DNA of 64,000 nt from Octopus sinensis (GCF_006345805.1 NW_021833063.1:20769-84768), one strand, 5' to 3'. Positions 19,900 to 33,779 are shown, counted from the stretch's first letter. Program-made: numbers and translations. Notes: a model not told the origin generated them from the sequence alone.

Positions 19900-21450
19900 A
19901 AACCGAGAAACCGTACTGTTTCCAAGCCATCCTACTCAGCAGGAGTATCATGGTAAGTGCTACTCTCTTCCCTATGTGCTTCAGCCTAGAACCGCTATCT
20001 TGGAGTACTTACGCTCACTCGGGCCTTACTTGTAACATTCACCCACCTTTTAACAAATTTGTTGGAGGGCAGCGTTCCATCTCAACAATCACTTTCCTTT
20101 TCAAATGGAATTTTAAAAAGTCGATAAGGGCTCAACCGAAAGTGAAAATACCTTTATTCCTTTCAATTATGTTCTTCACACAACCCCTTTCGCCATAGTC
20201 ACTAGACAGAGAAAACTACCTGCGGTTCCCGGTCAAAGGAAAGCGACGGGGTGATCTTAACGACAGAGTCAACGCCCAGAGTTTCTGAGGACGCCGTCGC
20301 TCTTACCCACCCCATTCCTTTATAGAACGCCATGATGGAATAGCTCGGAACCGCATTGCACGCCTGGCAGAGAGGGCTATGAGCACCCGACGGCACTCTA
20401 GATACTATGCACACGATCTCCGTCTACGCTTGATCTAGGACTGCAGCTCTGCCAAAGAAAGGAGCTGCAGAAAAGCGCGTCTGGTAAACGGCGACGACAA
20501 ATTCTCATTGTCAAGAAATTGCTGGAGGTGTCGTAACCTCGGTGCATGTCTGCGTGTCGTTTGCTACGGCCTGCCTTGTCCTTCACGCAGTGGATGTTCA
20601 CAGTAAATGGACCATCTGACCAGTGGAATACGTCCGCTCAACAGAAAATAGAAGAGCAAGTGCCTCGTTCTGGTCAGCTCTGAAGCGAGGCAAAGCAGGA
20701 CAGTCAGATGGTATTGGCGGCGAGCTGGCAGAAACGTTAGCACGCCGGGCGAAATGCTTAGCAGTATTTCGTCTGTCGCTACGTTCTGAGTTCAAATTCC
20801 GCCAAGGTCGACTTTGCCTTTCATCCTTTCGGGGTCGATAAATTAAGTACCAGTTACGCACTGGCGTCGATGTAATCGACTTAATACCTATGTCTGTCCT
20901 TGTTTGTCCCCTCTGTGTTTAGCCCCTTGTGGACAGTAAAGAAACAGGTATTAGATGATAGATACGATGTAGATATTCGCCATCTCCGCTTGGCCCTACA
21001 CGGAGAGTTTCGTGTGACCCATTTCTGGGTGAGACTAGCCATCTTGCTTCTCACATTATTACAGTTCTTGTCAATCTGGAAATCTGGATCAAAGCAAACA
21101 GTCCGCCCGTCTAGCGCTCCACGACGATGTTGGACGACATGGATCTCTCCCTATGCTGAATTGCAGGCTCAACAACTTCTGGTTAACTTTTATCCCTATC
21201 ATTGCCTCGTATTCTCTTATAGCCGTGTCAACCACCTCGATGTATCTGGAGTCCGACACTATTACAATGACGTTACCCGTATACGCAAACACGGGTCTTC
21301 TGTATCCTTGTTCTTGTGAAATATCTCTCGAAACCTCCAATTTCTTCTACGGTGGCTGTAAAAGTCAGTACGTACAAAAAGGAAGAGATATCGCACCTTG
21401 ACGATCGAACACATGACAACAAACAGTTCCGACACGTAACCATTAACTCT
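19900..21450 (-). mobile_element. decayed Tx1/L1-type LINE ORF2 (RT to 3' end), interrupted by a SINE
   Basis: Frameshifted segments: VFAYTGNVIVIVSD..EVVDTAIREYEAMIGIKVN (degenerate YADD region), LLSGRIPLVRWS..HPLREG..RHAPRLRHLQQFL, ALIDFLKFHLKRK..FVKRWVNV. Confidence 0.75.
20716..20950 (+). mobile_element. SINE family C inserted in the Tx1 LINE
   Basis: Full head + one unit. Confidence 0.9.
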
Positions 21451-21505
21451 GACCACCGAACAAATATCGCTGTATATTGTAGTAGTACATGGTCATCATG
21501 TACTA

Positions 21506-21920
21506 CGAGCTGGCAGAATCGTTAGCACGCAGGACGAAATGCTTAGCGGTATTTCGTCTGTCGCTACGTTCTGAGTTCAAATTCCGTCGAGGTCGACTTT
21601 GCCTTTCATCCTTTCGGGGTCAATTAAATAAGTAACAGTTACGCACTGGGGTCGATATAATCGACTTAATCCGTTTGTCTGTCCTTGTTTGTCCTCTCTG
21701 TGTTTAGCCCCTTGTGGGTAGTAAAGAAATAGGCATTTCGTCTGCCGTTATGTTTTGAGTTCAAATTCCGCCGAGGTCGACTTTGCCTTTCATCCTTTCG
21801 GGGTCGATTAAATAAGTACGAGTTACGCACCGAAGTCGATATAATCGACTTAATCCATTTGTCTGTCCTTGTTTGTCCCCTCTATGTTTAGCCCCTTGTG
21901 GGCAATGAAGAAATAAGTAC
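21506..21920 (+). mobile_element. SINE family C dimer
   Basis: Head + two ~185-bp units. Confidence 0.9.
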
Positions 21921-22021
21921 ATGGTCATCACAATTCTTAGCATATCACAATCATATCGCTATCGTGTGCAAACACAACACTTTTGCTCCGTGCATATCCT
22001 AAATCTTATATTCAGCCTTCT

Positions 22022-23085
22022 GAACTGGACACTATAAAAACTTGGAAAAATGGATTCATAGCCTCGGAAAGTGTTATATATCAGTGTTAATGGAAATGTT
22101 AACATCAATGTAGTCAGATTATACTTCCCTCGCAAGGAAGGTTGCCGGGGATTTAAATCTGTTGTAATATCATATGAAACCCAACATGTAACACAGAAGT
22201 GACATCTCCAGTAGAGAAAGTGCTTAACACTATTTTGAAGAAGTTTACGATCATGGAAGTGATAAAATTATTAGGATAGCTAATAAATTTCAGGAGAGAC
22301 ATGAAATAAAATCTGACACCAACCTCTCCAAGGAACATTAGCGAATTTCCCCCTCACCACGTATGTATGTATGTATGTATGTATGTATGTATGTATGTAT
22401 GTATGTATGTATGTATGTTTGTATGTATGTATGTAAGTATGTATGTATGTACGTACGTACGTATGTATGTATGTATGTATGTATGTATGTATGTATGTAT
22501 GTATGTAGTCACATGCACACACAATCTGTTTGTGTGTGTCTGTGATAGATATAAATATGTGTATACTTATGAATATATCTACACACATGTATATCTATTC
22601 ACACACACATATGTATATGTATATATGTGTGTGTGTATGTGATAGATATAAATATGTATATACTTATGTATATATCTACACACACATGTATATGTATACA
22701 CACACATATATATATGTATATGTGTGTGTGTGTGTGTGATAGATATAAATATGTGTATACTTATGTATATATATATACACGCACGTGTATGTAAACATAC
22801 GTATATGTATACAAATATATAGTTTATATGCGTATATGTATATAAGTATGCATGTATGCATGTACCTAAGTATGTATGTTGTATGTATTCATTCAGAAAG
22901 TTGCATCGACATATTTATAGGATCTCACCTTAGATATTATCTCCATGCAATCCAGGTGCCAGAAATTCCTACACCAAAGTTTGTCAGCATCAGCCGACAA
23001 CAAATGTAGGCTATGCAAAAACAAACATGAAGATATGTCATGACATAACTTCCATCTCCTCCCTGAGAACGAGATGTACATGCTT
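22022..23085 (+). mobile_element. R4/Dong-type LINE fragments split by microsatellites
   Basis: 22105-22170 NVVRLYFPRKEGCRGFKSV (post-RT 'RLYLPRKEGGRGL' motif); 22990-23060 ADNKCRLCKNKHED..HITS (zinc-knuckle region). Confidence 0.6.
22541..22790. repeat. three ~90-100-bp microsatellite-derived tandem units
   Basis: gtgatagatataaatatgtgtatacttatg at about 22541, 22628 and 22736. Confidence 0.8.
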
Positions 23086-23092
23086 GTGTGCG

Positions 23093-23129
<37 letters not shown>

Positions 23130-23147
23130 ATATATATTATATATATA

Positions 23148-23544
23148 TCTTTATATATAAAAGTCAAGTTGTGTGTCTGTCTCCTACGATTTAGATTCTA
23201 ACTACTCCCACATTTTGCGGTGCAGTTTAACCCAAACCGGGTATCTTATAGTCGTGATTCATATCGAGCCCTTCTGGGTATTAGCGCGCGTCTACGATGA
23301 GTCTACGATTTAAAAAATAATTTACCATCATTTTTTCCATATTAATGCATTTTTTCGCTAATATATAAGGGAAGTAACTCTCTAAAAATGTCTACGATGA
23401 GTCAACGATTTAAAAAAAAATTTCCCATAATTTTTTTTCGATTTTTAATGCATTTTTTTGCTATTTTTTTAGCTATAACTCTCTAAAAATGCTTATATAG
23501 TTATTTCCCTTACAAACCCGAGCAACGCTGGGCGATACTGCTAG
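23148..23544 (+). mobile_element. non-autonomous Helitron
   Basis: 5' TC, 3' hairpin cccgagcaacgctggg + CTAG, inserted A|T, no TSD; internal ~105-bp duplication; near-identical copy at 48084. Confidence 0.85.
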
Positions 23545-23924
23545 TATATATATAAAAACAGTTAGATGCGAACTTAACCGTGGTATGACCAGCATCTTTC
23601 CTCATGCCTCTAGGAACTTATACCCACATTTTTATGAGTAGATTTATCTTCTCTGGGATGTTAATAATCATTTTAAAAACTTTGTATTGTTGGAAAACAT
23701 ATATAGTCTGCTTGGAATCTTACTTCAGATTCATGGAACTCACTCCTATAACTTCATAAGGATATTTACACTCTCTAAATATATATGGAAAACCTATATG
23801 TGATTTAGCTGATAAATACTTGACATTATATTTGCTGTAATATTTGCAGCTTGAAATTAAATGTTTTTAGTATGAAACAATTGTACTAATCTACCGATCC
23901 ATTCTTGTTGCTTTTTTTCTTGGT

Positions 23925-23991
<67 letters not shown>

Positions 23992-24002
23992 TATATATAT
24001 GT

Positions 24003-24083
24003 GCATGATAATAATATGAGGAAATATTATCCAAACTTATAGGGAAAAATTCAATTTAGAAATACTAAATCAAATTTCACAAA

Positions 24084-24125
<42 letters not shown>

Positions 24126-24243
24126 ATATATATATTATCTTATATGTTTTATCTTGTATTTAATCTTTCTATAATATGTAATTCTCTAGATGGTATAATT
24201 TAAATTTTCATTATTCAATTGATGAAGTGTGTTTTTTTTTCTA

Positions 24244-24245
<2 letters not shown>
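24003..24245 (-). mobile_element. unclassified AT-rich element embedded in (TA)n
   Basis: Reverse complement similar to 34655-34930 and 50937-51190 (aaattgaatttttccctgtaagtttgga). Confidence 0.65.
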
Positions 24246-24294
<49 letters not shown>

Positions 24295-24359
24295 TATGTA
24301 TGCATGTATGTATGTATATCTATATGGGATGGAGTGGGATATATATATATATATATATA

Positions 24360-24748
24360 TCAGGAGTGGCTGTGTGGTAAGTAGCTTGCTTACCAACCAC
24401 ATGGTTCCGGGTTCAGTCCCACTGCGTGGCATCTTGGGCAAGTGTCTTCTGCTATAGCCCCGGGCCGACCAATGCCTTGTGAGTGGATTTAGTAGACGGA
24501 AACTGAAAGAAGCCTGCCGTATATATGTATGTGTGTGTATGTGTTTGTGTGTCTGTGTTTGTCCCCCTAGCATTGCTTGACAACCGATGCTGGTGTGTTT
24601 ACGTCCCCGTCACTTAGCGGTTCGGCAAAAGAGACCGATAGAATAAGTACTGGGCTTACAAAGAATAAGTCCCTGGCTCGACTAAAAAAGGCGGTGCCCC
24701 AGCATGGCCACAGTCAAATGACTGAAACAAGTAAAAGAGTAAAAGAGA
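24360..24748 (+). mobile_element. SINE family A
   Basis: Full-length copy. Confidence 0.9.
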
Positions 24749-24771
24749 TGCATATATATATGGATGGGATG

Positions 24772-24964
24772 GGGTGCGGGCTAAAAAGTTCCTGGCTTTG
24801 GGTAAAAGAAAATATAAGAGGATCAGCTAATTATGATTTTATTCAACATATTTCCCTCTCAGATTCACACACTTATTGCAGCGGTCCTTCAGTTTTTCTA
24901 AGCCCTGTAAAAGAACTTGCAATTTTGGGCCTCGAAACAGGCCTTTCGCGATACCCTTAAAGCC
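24772..24964 (-). mobile_element. mariner transposase extreme 3' end with decayed TIR
   Basis: Minus strand ..LQGLEKLKDRCNKCVNLRGKYVE*; terminal aaaaagttcctggcttt. Confidence 0.7.
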
Positions 24965-25327
24965 ATGTATGTATGTATGTATGTATGTATGTATGTATGT
25001 ATGTATGTATGTATGTATGTATGTTTGTATGTATGTATGTATGTATGTATGTATGTATGTATGTATGTATGTATGTATGTATGTATGTTTGTATGCATGT
25101 ATGTATGTATGTATGTATGTATGTGTGTATGTATGTGTGTATGTATGTATGTATGTATGTATGTATGTATGTATGTATGTATGCATGCATGTATGTATGT
25201 ATGTATGTATGTATGTATGTATGTGTGTGTGTATGTATGTATGTATGTATGCATGTATGTATGTATGTATGCATGTATGTATGTATGCATGTATGTATGT
25301 ATGTATGTATGTATGCATGTATGTATG

Positions 25328-25358
<31 letters not shown>

Positions 25359-25703
25359 GTATGTATGTATGTTTGTATGTATGTATGTATGTATGTATAT
25401 ATGTGTGTATGTATGTGTGTATGTATGTATGTATGTATGTATGTATGTATGTATGTATGTGTGTATGTATGCATGTATGTATGTATGTATGTATGCATGT
25501 ATGTATGTATGTATGTATGTATGTATGCATGTATGTATGTATGTATGTATTCATGTATGTATGTATGTATGTATGTATGCATGCATGTATGTATGTATGT
25601 ATGTATGTATGTATGTATGTATGTATGTATGTATGTATGTATGTATGTATGTATGTATGTATGTATGTATGTATGTATGTATGTATGTATGTTTGTATGT
25701 ATG

Positions 25704-25734
<31 letters not shown>

Positions 25735-25747
25735 GTATGTATGTATG

Positions 25748-25778
<31 letters not shown>

Positions 25779-25824
25779 GTATGTATGTATGTATGTATGT
25801 ATGTATGTTTGTATGTATGTATGT
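24965..25824. repeat. (ATGT)n microsatellite, ~860 bp
   Basis: Direct reading. Confidence 0.97.
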
Positions 25825-25879
25825 AGAAACAGACAAAAATAATGGGTTATAGTCATTTATTTATTACAGGCTTACAGCT

Positions 25880-26165
25880 GTTTCAGATATGTATTTGGGT
25901 GTCATCTCTTGTGAAAGGTAAGAGAGTCCAGTTTGCTGGACATTGCTGTAGAGCTGAAAAAGAGGTAATTTCTACTCTTCTCCTCTGGAAGCCATCTACT
26001 CGCAATACCAGAGGGCGCACACTCTCCTACCCTGATGTAATCTCTAGGGATACAGGCATCCAGCAACAGGACCTCCGTAATGCCATGATGGACCGTGAAG
26101 TCTGGCGTAGCATGGTAAATTCCATTGTCTCGACCACGGTCGAACAATGATGATGATGATGATGA
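25880..26165 (+). mobile_element. RTE-type LINE 3' end with (TGA)n tail
   Basis: VKGKRVQFAGHCCRAEKEVISTLLLWKP..GRTLSYPDVISRDTG..LRNAMMDREVWR..* followed by (tga)n. Confidence 0.8.
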
Positions 26166-27107
26166 TTGGGTAGTTCATGGTTCAATTTTATCAATCTATT
26201 GATCGATAAACTGAAATCATAGGGAACCATCTTCATCATGATATCTTCGACAGAGCCAAAACAAAGAAAAAGAAGAAAACAAAAGAAGAGGATGGAATTT
26301 GGTCAGTGTGGCATATATACAGAACCGTTTCTAGCCACCAACCTTACGCTATTGTTCTTTCTTATCACGGGCGTTAATATTATTATATTAACACCCAGCA
26401 AAGAAATTTGACATCCCACAATCCTTTTATGGTTAGTGGAGGGCTTTTGGCTACTATATTTTTGGAAAAATTACAAGGGGTAAAGTATTTGCAAATATAC
26501 AAACCAAAATGCAGTTATGGCATTGCTAATTATTTTAAAACTGAAATATCATCTAATTAATTACCAGGAATTAATATAAATGCAAAACAGTTAACAGAAA
26601 TAGTTAGAACAAGCAATCAGGAATTATGAATAAATAAATGAATAAATAAACTATGACAGGTAAAGTATCAGTAAGTCTAAGACTACATGTTATCCTAAAT
26701 TATAGGGCAAGGTATCATTGGTACAACTGCAATAAGAAGGTTAAGATATGATTCTTAAATAGGGGGGTAGAGTAAATTACACAAGTGTTAAATGAAGAAG
26801 ATAAACCCAAATCAAAATCAAATAAAAATATAGCAAAACAGAGCAACAAAAGCAAAAATAAAAATGAAAATAGAAATTCGAAAATAAGGGAATAGATATA
26901 TGAAAACGGATATCTCCTTATCATCAAATAAATAGCGAGAAGGGACTAGGGAAGGAAATCTATAATACAAGTAATTAAGGAAATTGATAATTACCATTTA
27001 ATTTAAATATGCATTATCTCACAACTATTGGACTAGGAAGATGTGCAGGTGTTATCACATCTATTTGTTCGCATGATTAATTGTTGTGGGAATGATCAAA
27101 AGGTTTT

Positions 27108-27632
<525 letters not shown>

Positions 27633-28369
27633 GTATCTTGCAGCTAGCTCCTGCCTCATATTCAGGATGTTACACTCTGACATATTGACAAAGACCCTTT
27701 TGGGGGAAAGTTCACGTCTCATTTTCCCTTACATTGTAAGGAGGTGCACTGCTCATTATTGACCACTTAATATTATACTTTGTTTTGCTATCCTTAAGTT
27801 CCCATATAAGTTTGTTTAATGAGATCGATCTTTCCTTATCCCTGTGTTTAAATGATGAGACGTGATTATAATATCGAGGCTTGAAGGTTGTTGCGAAACA
27901 GCCTAAATAATGGTAAACTGTTTTGTCCGTAACAACTGAGCAGCTATTCGATGATTGGTTCCTTAGCGCCTAGTATAATGTCAATTCCATTTTTAGTCAA
28001 GAGTTTTCCCTTAGAAAAATGAGTGCCTTATATAGCATACATACATACATACATACATTCATACATACATACATACATACATACATACATGCATACATAC
28101 ATACATACATACATACACACACATACATTTATATACATATGTATGTATATGTATGTATGTTTTAATGCATCTATGTACATCTGTGTACATTTGCGCATGC
28201 ATATGTCTTTATTCGTTTATTCATTAACATATTGCAGTTATTGGACTGCGGCCATTCTGGGGCACTACCTTGAAGGATTCTTTGAGTCGATCACATTGAC
28301 CTCCACTCCACTCCACTCCACTTCACTCTAAGCACTGACACTTATGTATACCATGGGCTTCCCTATACC

Positions 28370-28605
28370 TTCTTATTTCTTTATTGCCCACAAGGAGCTA
28401 AACATAGAGGGGACAAACAAGGACAGATAAACGGATTAAGTCGATTATATCGACCCCAGTGCATAACTGGTACTTAATTTATCGACCCCGAAAGGATGAA
28501 AGCCAAAGTCGACCTCGGCGGAACTTGAACTCAGGACGTAACGGCAGACGAAATACGGCTACGCATTTCACCCGGCGTGCTAACCTTTCTGTCAGCTCGC
28601 TTCCC
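28370..28605 (-). mobile_element. SINE family C
   Basis: Head + one unit. Confidence 0.88.
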
Positions 28606-29349
28606 TCTACTTTCTGTCTATCGAATTCTCTCAGAAGTCATTTAGTAATCTCGAGGCTGGAGTGGAAAACATTTGTCGAAGCTACGTAATGTGTTGTTAT
28701 ACTTTCAGTGTTTGTGTGTTCCATTTATATAGTATAACCGAATAGAAGCGAGTATTTATGACAACTGTGTGCACGTATTTCTTTTATGTGCATATTTTAT
28801 GTGTTTCTCCTTCATACCTTTCATTTACAGTAAATTCAAAAATTCGCCATCTTGAATCAGAAGTTGAAAGTCTCTAAAAGCAAACGCAGCAAGCTCATAA
28901 GCGAAGCAGACGATAAAAAGCGAAGAAAACTAAACCAAAGAAAATTTATATGATTTATAGGTCGTACAACGTTTTTTGTTTTTGCCTCCGTTGATTATTT
29001 ATTGAATACAAATTCACATTAGTTTAAAGCAGACGACAGACATTTTTCACCTGTGTTGGTTAAATTTATATCCATCAACAGCAAAATAAATGTCAAGTTC
29101 CTTCTCAGTTTTGCTACTTTTGCTCTGAAGATGAAAACAATTATTGTTGCCTATAAATAAACGTGAAGCATATTTTAAATATTTTCTTTTGTTTTTAGTT
29201 CGGAAAATTGAAATTTCTTGTGTAAGTATTCTTATCGGCCATAACGTCTGTTATTTAATACTTTCAGACTAACATTGCAATGGTTCACAACTTATTTGCT
29301 GTAGAAAATGTTTGACATAATTTTTAAATATTCAACATTAAGTTTTCTT

Positions 29350-29925
29350 AAGGCGGCAAGCTGGCAGAAACGTTAGAACGCCGGGCGAAATGCGTAGCCG
29401 TATTTCGTCTGCTGCTACGTTCTGAGTTCAAATTCCGCCGAGGTCGACATTACCTTTCATCCTTTCGGGGTCGATTAAATAAGTACCAGTTACGCACTGG
29501 GGTCGATATAATCGACTTAATCCGTTTGTCTGATCTTGTTTGTCCTCTCTGTGTTTAGCCCCTTGTGGGTAGTAAAAAAATAGGTATTTCGTCTGCCGCT
29601 ACGTTCTGAGTTCAAGTTCTGCCGAGGTCGACTTTGCCTTTCATCCTTTCGGGGTCGATTAAATAAGTACCAGTTACGCATTGGGGTCGATATAATCGAC
29701 TTAATCATCCGTCTGTCTGTCCTTGTTTGTCCTCTCTGTGTTTAGCCCCTTGTGGGTAGTAAAGAAATAGGTATTTCGTCTGTCTTTACGTTCTGAGTTC
29801 AAATTCCGCCGAGTTCGACTTTGCCTTTCATCCTTTCGGGGTCGATAGATTAATTACCAGTTGCGTGATGGGGTCGATCTAATCGACTGGCTCCCTCCCC
29901 CAAAATTTCGGGTCTTGTGCCTAGA
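29350..29925 (+). mobile_element. SINE family C trimer with tail
   Basis: Head once, units restart at tatttcgtctg (about 29585, 29771), tail ccccaaaatttcgggtcttgtgcc. Confidence 0.9.
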
Positions 29926-30784
29926 GTTATTTGATTTTGTTTGTTCCTTCTCAAGCCATGCCTGGCTCCTATATATCAAAAGAATATGTTATAATAATGT
30001 TCCACACATATACAAAAACAGCCATACCAACAATCCAACATGCCTCCATCATCAGCTGCTCCACGGATATCATTATAGTTTCGACACCTGGGCAGTATCA
30101 TTAAATCCGGCGATGCCAATAGCACTAAAATGAGCGTTGTTTGAGAACAAATATACGAAAGAAAACCACAGCTTTGAAACACATTTACCCTATGCACAAC
30201 AGTATCGGTAAATATATTCACTAAGTAAATCTATAACTAACTCCTAAGTATGTAACTAAAGAGCTTTAAGTCATACAAAAAATATTCCTTACAGTCTTCC
30301 ATAGTATAATATAAACATAAAGCTTAATAACCACATTGATTCAATCTAAATATGGGCAGGATTAGACGCTAACTTTAGAATTAAACTACATCAAAGAAAC
30401 ACATTAATCTATGTACATCTGTATCAATATTAATAGTAAACCTACAATAACTATATATACTGAATAGCGACCAATCTTTCAGTCCATGCAAATGATAATC
30501 CCATCAGTCTTCCATAGTTAATACTATAATAAAAAAAGTGAAAGCTTTATATTCAATTCTCTCCAAAGCGAAACACGATTGAATTTAATTTAACGAATAA
30601 TATAGTAATTACGAGTGATAAACATTATTTCATAATTCGAAAGTTAATAATACAAACACTACATTCTCATTAATATTACCCTTACAAGATTTAATGTAAA
30701 ATTACCAGTAACTAATAGAAACATTAAATTTTATTACACATACATACAGACACAGACACAGACACACAAAAACATATTTTTAAA

Positions 30785-31169
30785 ATTTTATTTGTTTCGG
30801 TCAGTTGACTGTGGCCATGCAGGAGCACCACGTTTTTTTGTCGAGCAAATCGACCCCAGGACTTATTCTTTGTAAGTCTAGTACTTATTCTATCGGTTTC
30901 TCTTTACAGAACCGCTAAGTTACGGGAACGTAACCACACCAGTATCGGATGTCAAGCCATGTTTGGGGGGGGGGGACACAAACACACACACACATACCTA
31001 TATACGACGGGCTTCTTTCAGTTTCCGTCTGCCATATCCACTCACAAGGCTTTGGTCGCCCCGAGGCTACAGTAGAAGACATTTGCCCAAGGTCCCAAGC
31101 CGTAGGACTGAATGCGGAACCATGTGGTTGGTAAGCAAGCTACTTACCACACAGCCACTCCTGCGCCTA
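30785..31169 (-). mobile_element. SINE family A
   Basis: Full-length reverse-complement copy. Confidence 0.9.
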
Positions 31170-31422
31170 TATATGTGATTTAATTTCAAGCAAGTAAAAT
31201 CTGTTGCTCAGGAGAAAGGAATATAGTTTTTACTTTTATTCTACTTCACTAAGATATTTATCAAACTAGGTATCTTAAGGTATTACTAAGCCGGCGTCAG
31301 CCTTGGAGTAATTTACGGCCAAGATTTCCCATAAATGTATTATAATCTAAGATATTTTCATATTTTTTCTAAACTCGAACAAGAAATACTGCCCCACCAG
31401 ATGTAGGTGTTTATATACTAGC

Positions 31423-31715
31423 AGTCCGTCGGTTCCAGTTAGTCTGATCGACGGAATAGCCTGCTCGTGAAATTAACATGCAAGTGGTTGAGTACTCCAC
31501 AGACATATGTACCCTTAATGTAGTTCTCAGGGAGATTCAGCATGACACAGAATGTGACGCGGTCGGACATTTGAAATACAGGTACTACTCATTTTTGCCA
31601 GCTGAGTGGACCGGAGCAACGTGAAATAAAGTGTCTTGTTCAAGGACATAACCTGCTGCCATCAATCGAACTCACGACCTTTCGATCGTGAGCCGGATAC
31701 TCTAACCACTAAACC
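31423..31715 (-). mobile_element. tRNA-derived SINE (tail type ttaatttcacgagcaggct)
   Basis: tRNA head on minus strand; tail shared with 5684 copy but different central domain. Confidence 0.8.
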
Positions 31716-31740
31716 ACATATATAAACACACACACAAACG

Positions 31741-33002
31741 TATATGTATATATGTGTGTATGTGTGAATATATGTGTGTATGTGTGAATATATGTGTGTA
31801 TGTGTGAATATATGTGTGTATGTGTGAATATATGTGTGTATGTGTGAATATATGTGTGTATGTGTAAATGTATATGTGTATGTGTAAATGTATGTGTGTA
31901 TGTGTGAATATATGTGTGTATGTGTGAATATATGTGTGTATGTGTGAATATATGTGTGTATGTGTGAATATATGTGTGTATGTGTGAATATATGTGTGTA
32001 TGTGTGAATATATGTGTGTATGTGTAAATGTATATGTGTATGTGTAAATGTATGTGTGTATGTGTGAATATATGTGTGTATGTGTGAATATATGTGTGTA
32101 TGTGTGAATATATGTGTGTATGTGTGGATATATTGTGTGATGTGTGAATATATGTGTGTATGTGTGAATATATGTGTGTATGTGTGAATATATGTGTTAT
32201 GTGTAAATATATGTGTATGTGTAAATGTATGTGTGATGTGTGAATATATGTGTGTATGTGTGAATATATGTGTGTATGTGTGAATATATGTGTGTATGTG
32301 TGAATATATGTGTGTATGTGTGAATATATGTGTGTATGTGTGAATATATGTGTGTATGTGTGAATATATGTGTGTATGTGTAAATGTATATGTGTATGTG
32401 TAAATGTATGTGTGTATGTGTGAATATATGTGTGTATGTGTGAATATATGTGTGTATGTGTGAATATATGTGTGTATGTGTGAATATATGTGGTGTATGT
32501 GTAAATGTATATGTGTATGTGTAAATGTGTGTATGTGTGAATATATGTGTGTATGTGTGAATATGTGTGTATGTTGAATATAGTGTGTATGTGTGATATA
32601 TGTGTGTATGTGTGATATATGTGTGTATGTGTGAATATATGTGTGTATGTGTGAATATATGTGTGTATGTGTGAATATATGTGTGTATGTGTAAATGTAT
32701 ATGTGTATGTGTAAATGTATGTGTGTATGTGTGAATATATGTGTGTATGTGTGAATATATGTGTGTATGTGTGAATATATGTGTGTATGTGTGAATATAT
32801 GTGTGTATGTGTGAATATATGTGTGTATGTGTGTATATATGTGTGTATGTGTGAATATATGTGTGTATGTGTGAATATATGTGTGTAAGTGTGAATATAT
32901 GTGTGTATGTGTGTATATATGTGTGTATGTGTGAATATATGTGTGTATGTGTGAATATATGTGTGTATGTGTGAATATATGTGTGTATGTGTAAATGTAT
33001 GT
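31741..33002. repeat. 20-bp minisatellite (TATATGTGTGTATGTGTGAA)n with variant units
   Basis: Direct reading; about 60 units. Confidence 0.95.
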
Positions 33003-33779
33003 CAGGTCTTTGTTCTGTCTGTACACTTTAGCAGAATACAAGTTAAGATGAATTCTTTAAAAATATTTCTTGAGTAAAGCCAAATTACTATCATCGCTGT
33101 AGTTCTGAGAGAATATTTTAGTTGATGCGAGCAAAACATTTTCCGTTGTGAAAAACATCGATAACCAATCTTTTTCTAAACTTAGCAACTTCAGTAACTG
33201 TGATATTTCTCTCTAAAAGAACTCTAATCCTCCTTTCCTATCAGGTTATCGTATATTTATTACTTCATCATTTGTCTGTGATTGTCTTTGTTAGAACACT
33301 CTTCACACTTCTTGTCACCGACTGACAACTCATTAATTCAATCTGACAATCTAGAATACTCCTTTGATGCTGTTTCTGTCTGAAACACTAAATCTTCATT
33401 TGTATGACAGTTTGTGTGAAAAGGAAATAATGCTCATTATGAAATATCGTTGTGTTAGCTATTTTCAGAAAAGTATGAAAATATTTACTGCTGTTCTGAT
33501 AACTAGTGTCCAAACAATACTAAATTATGATCCTACTTGAAGGTATCTAAGAAAATTGGAGTTTAGCCTTAGTTTAGAAACTTAGCCAATTTAATAATTT
33601 GGAAGGACATCTCAGTAGAAACGGAGAAAAAGTGGTGGGTGGATATGAAAGTGAAACAAGAAGTGAAAGTTATAGAACTATTATAAACACTTATATACGA
33701 TGTTGAAATTTCATTCGGTGACAAAGGGTTCATGTTCAAAATGTTAGAGTTCTCTTCTTTTCCATATCATAAATCCGTT

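Noticed and set aside
24839-25856. Overlapping 100-312 aa ORFs (MYVC/HTYI repeats)
   Set aside because: Translation of (ATGT)n. The same applies to 22280-22861, 31662-33041, 43456-43907, 55134-55634, 57085-57452, 59166-60436 and 63265-63989.
27850-27945. Possible C/D-box snoRNA (ATGATGA..CTGA)
   Set aside because: No terminal stem and no credible rRNA/snRNA antisense element; boxes are expected by chance.
29940-30720. Possible NUMT (AT-rich, hydrophobic peptide)
   Set aside because: No mitochondrial gene or tRNA recognisable.
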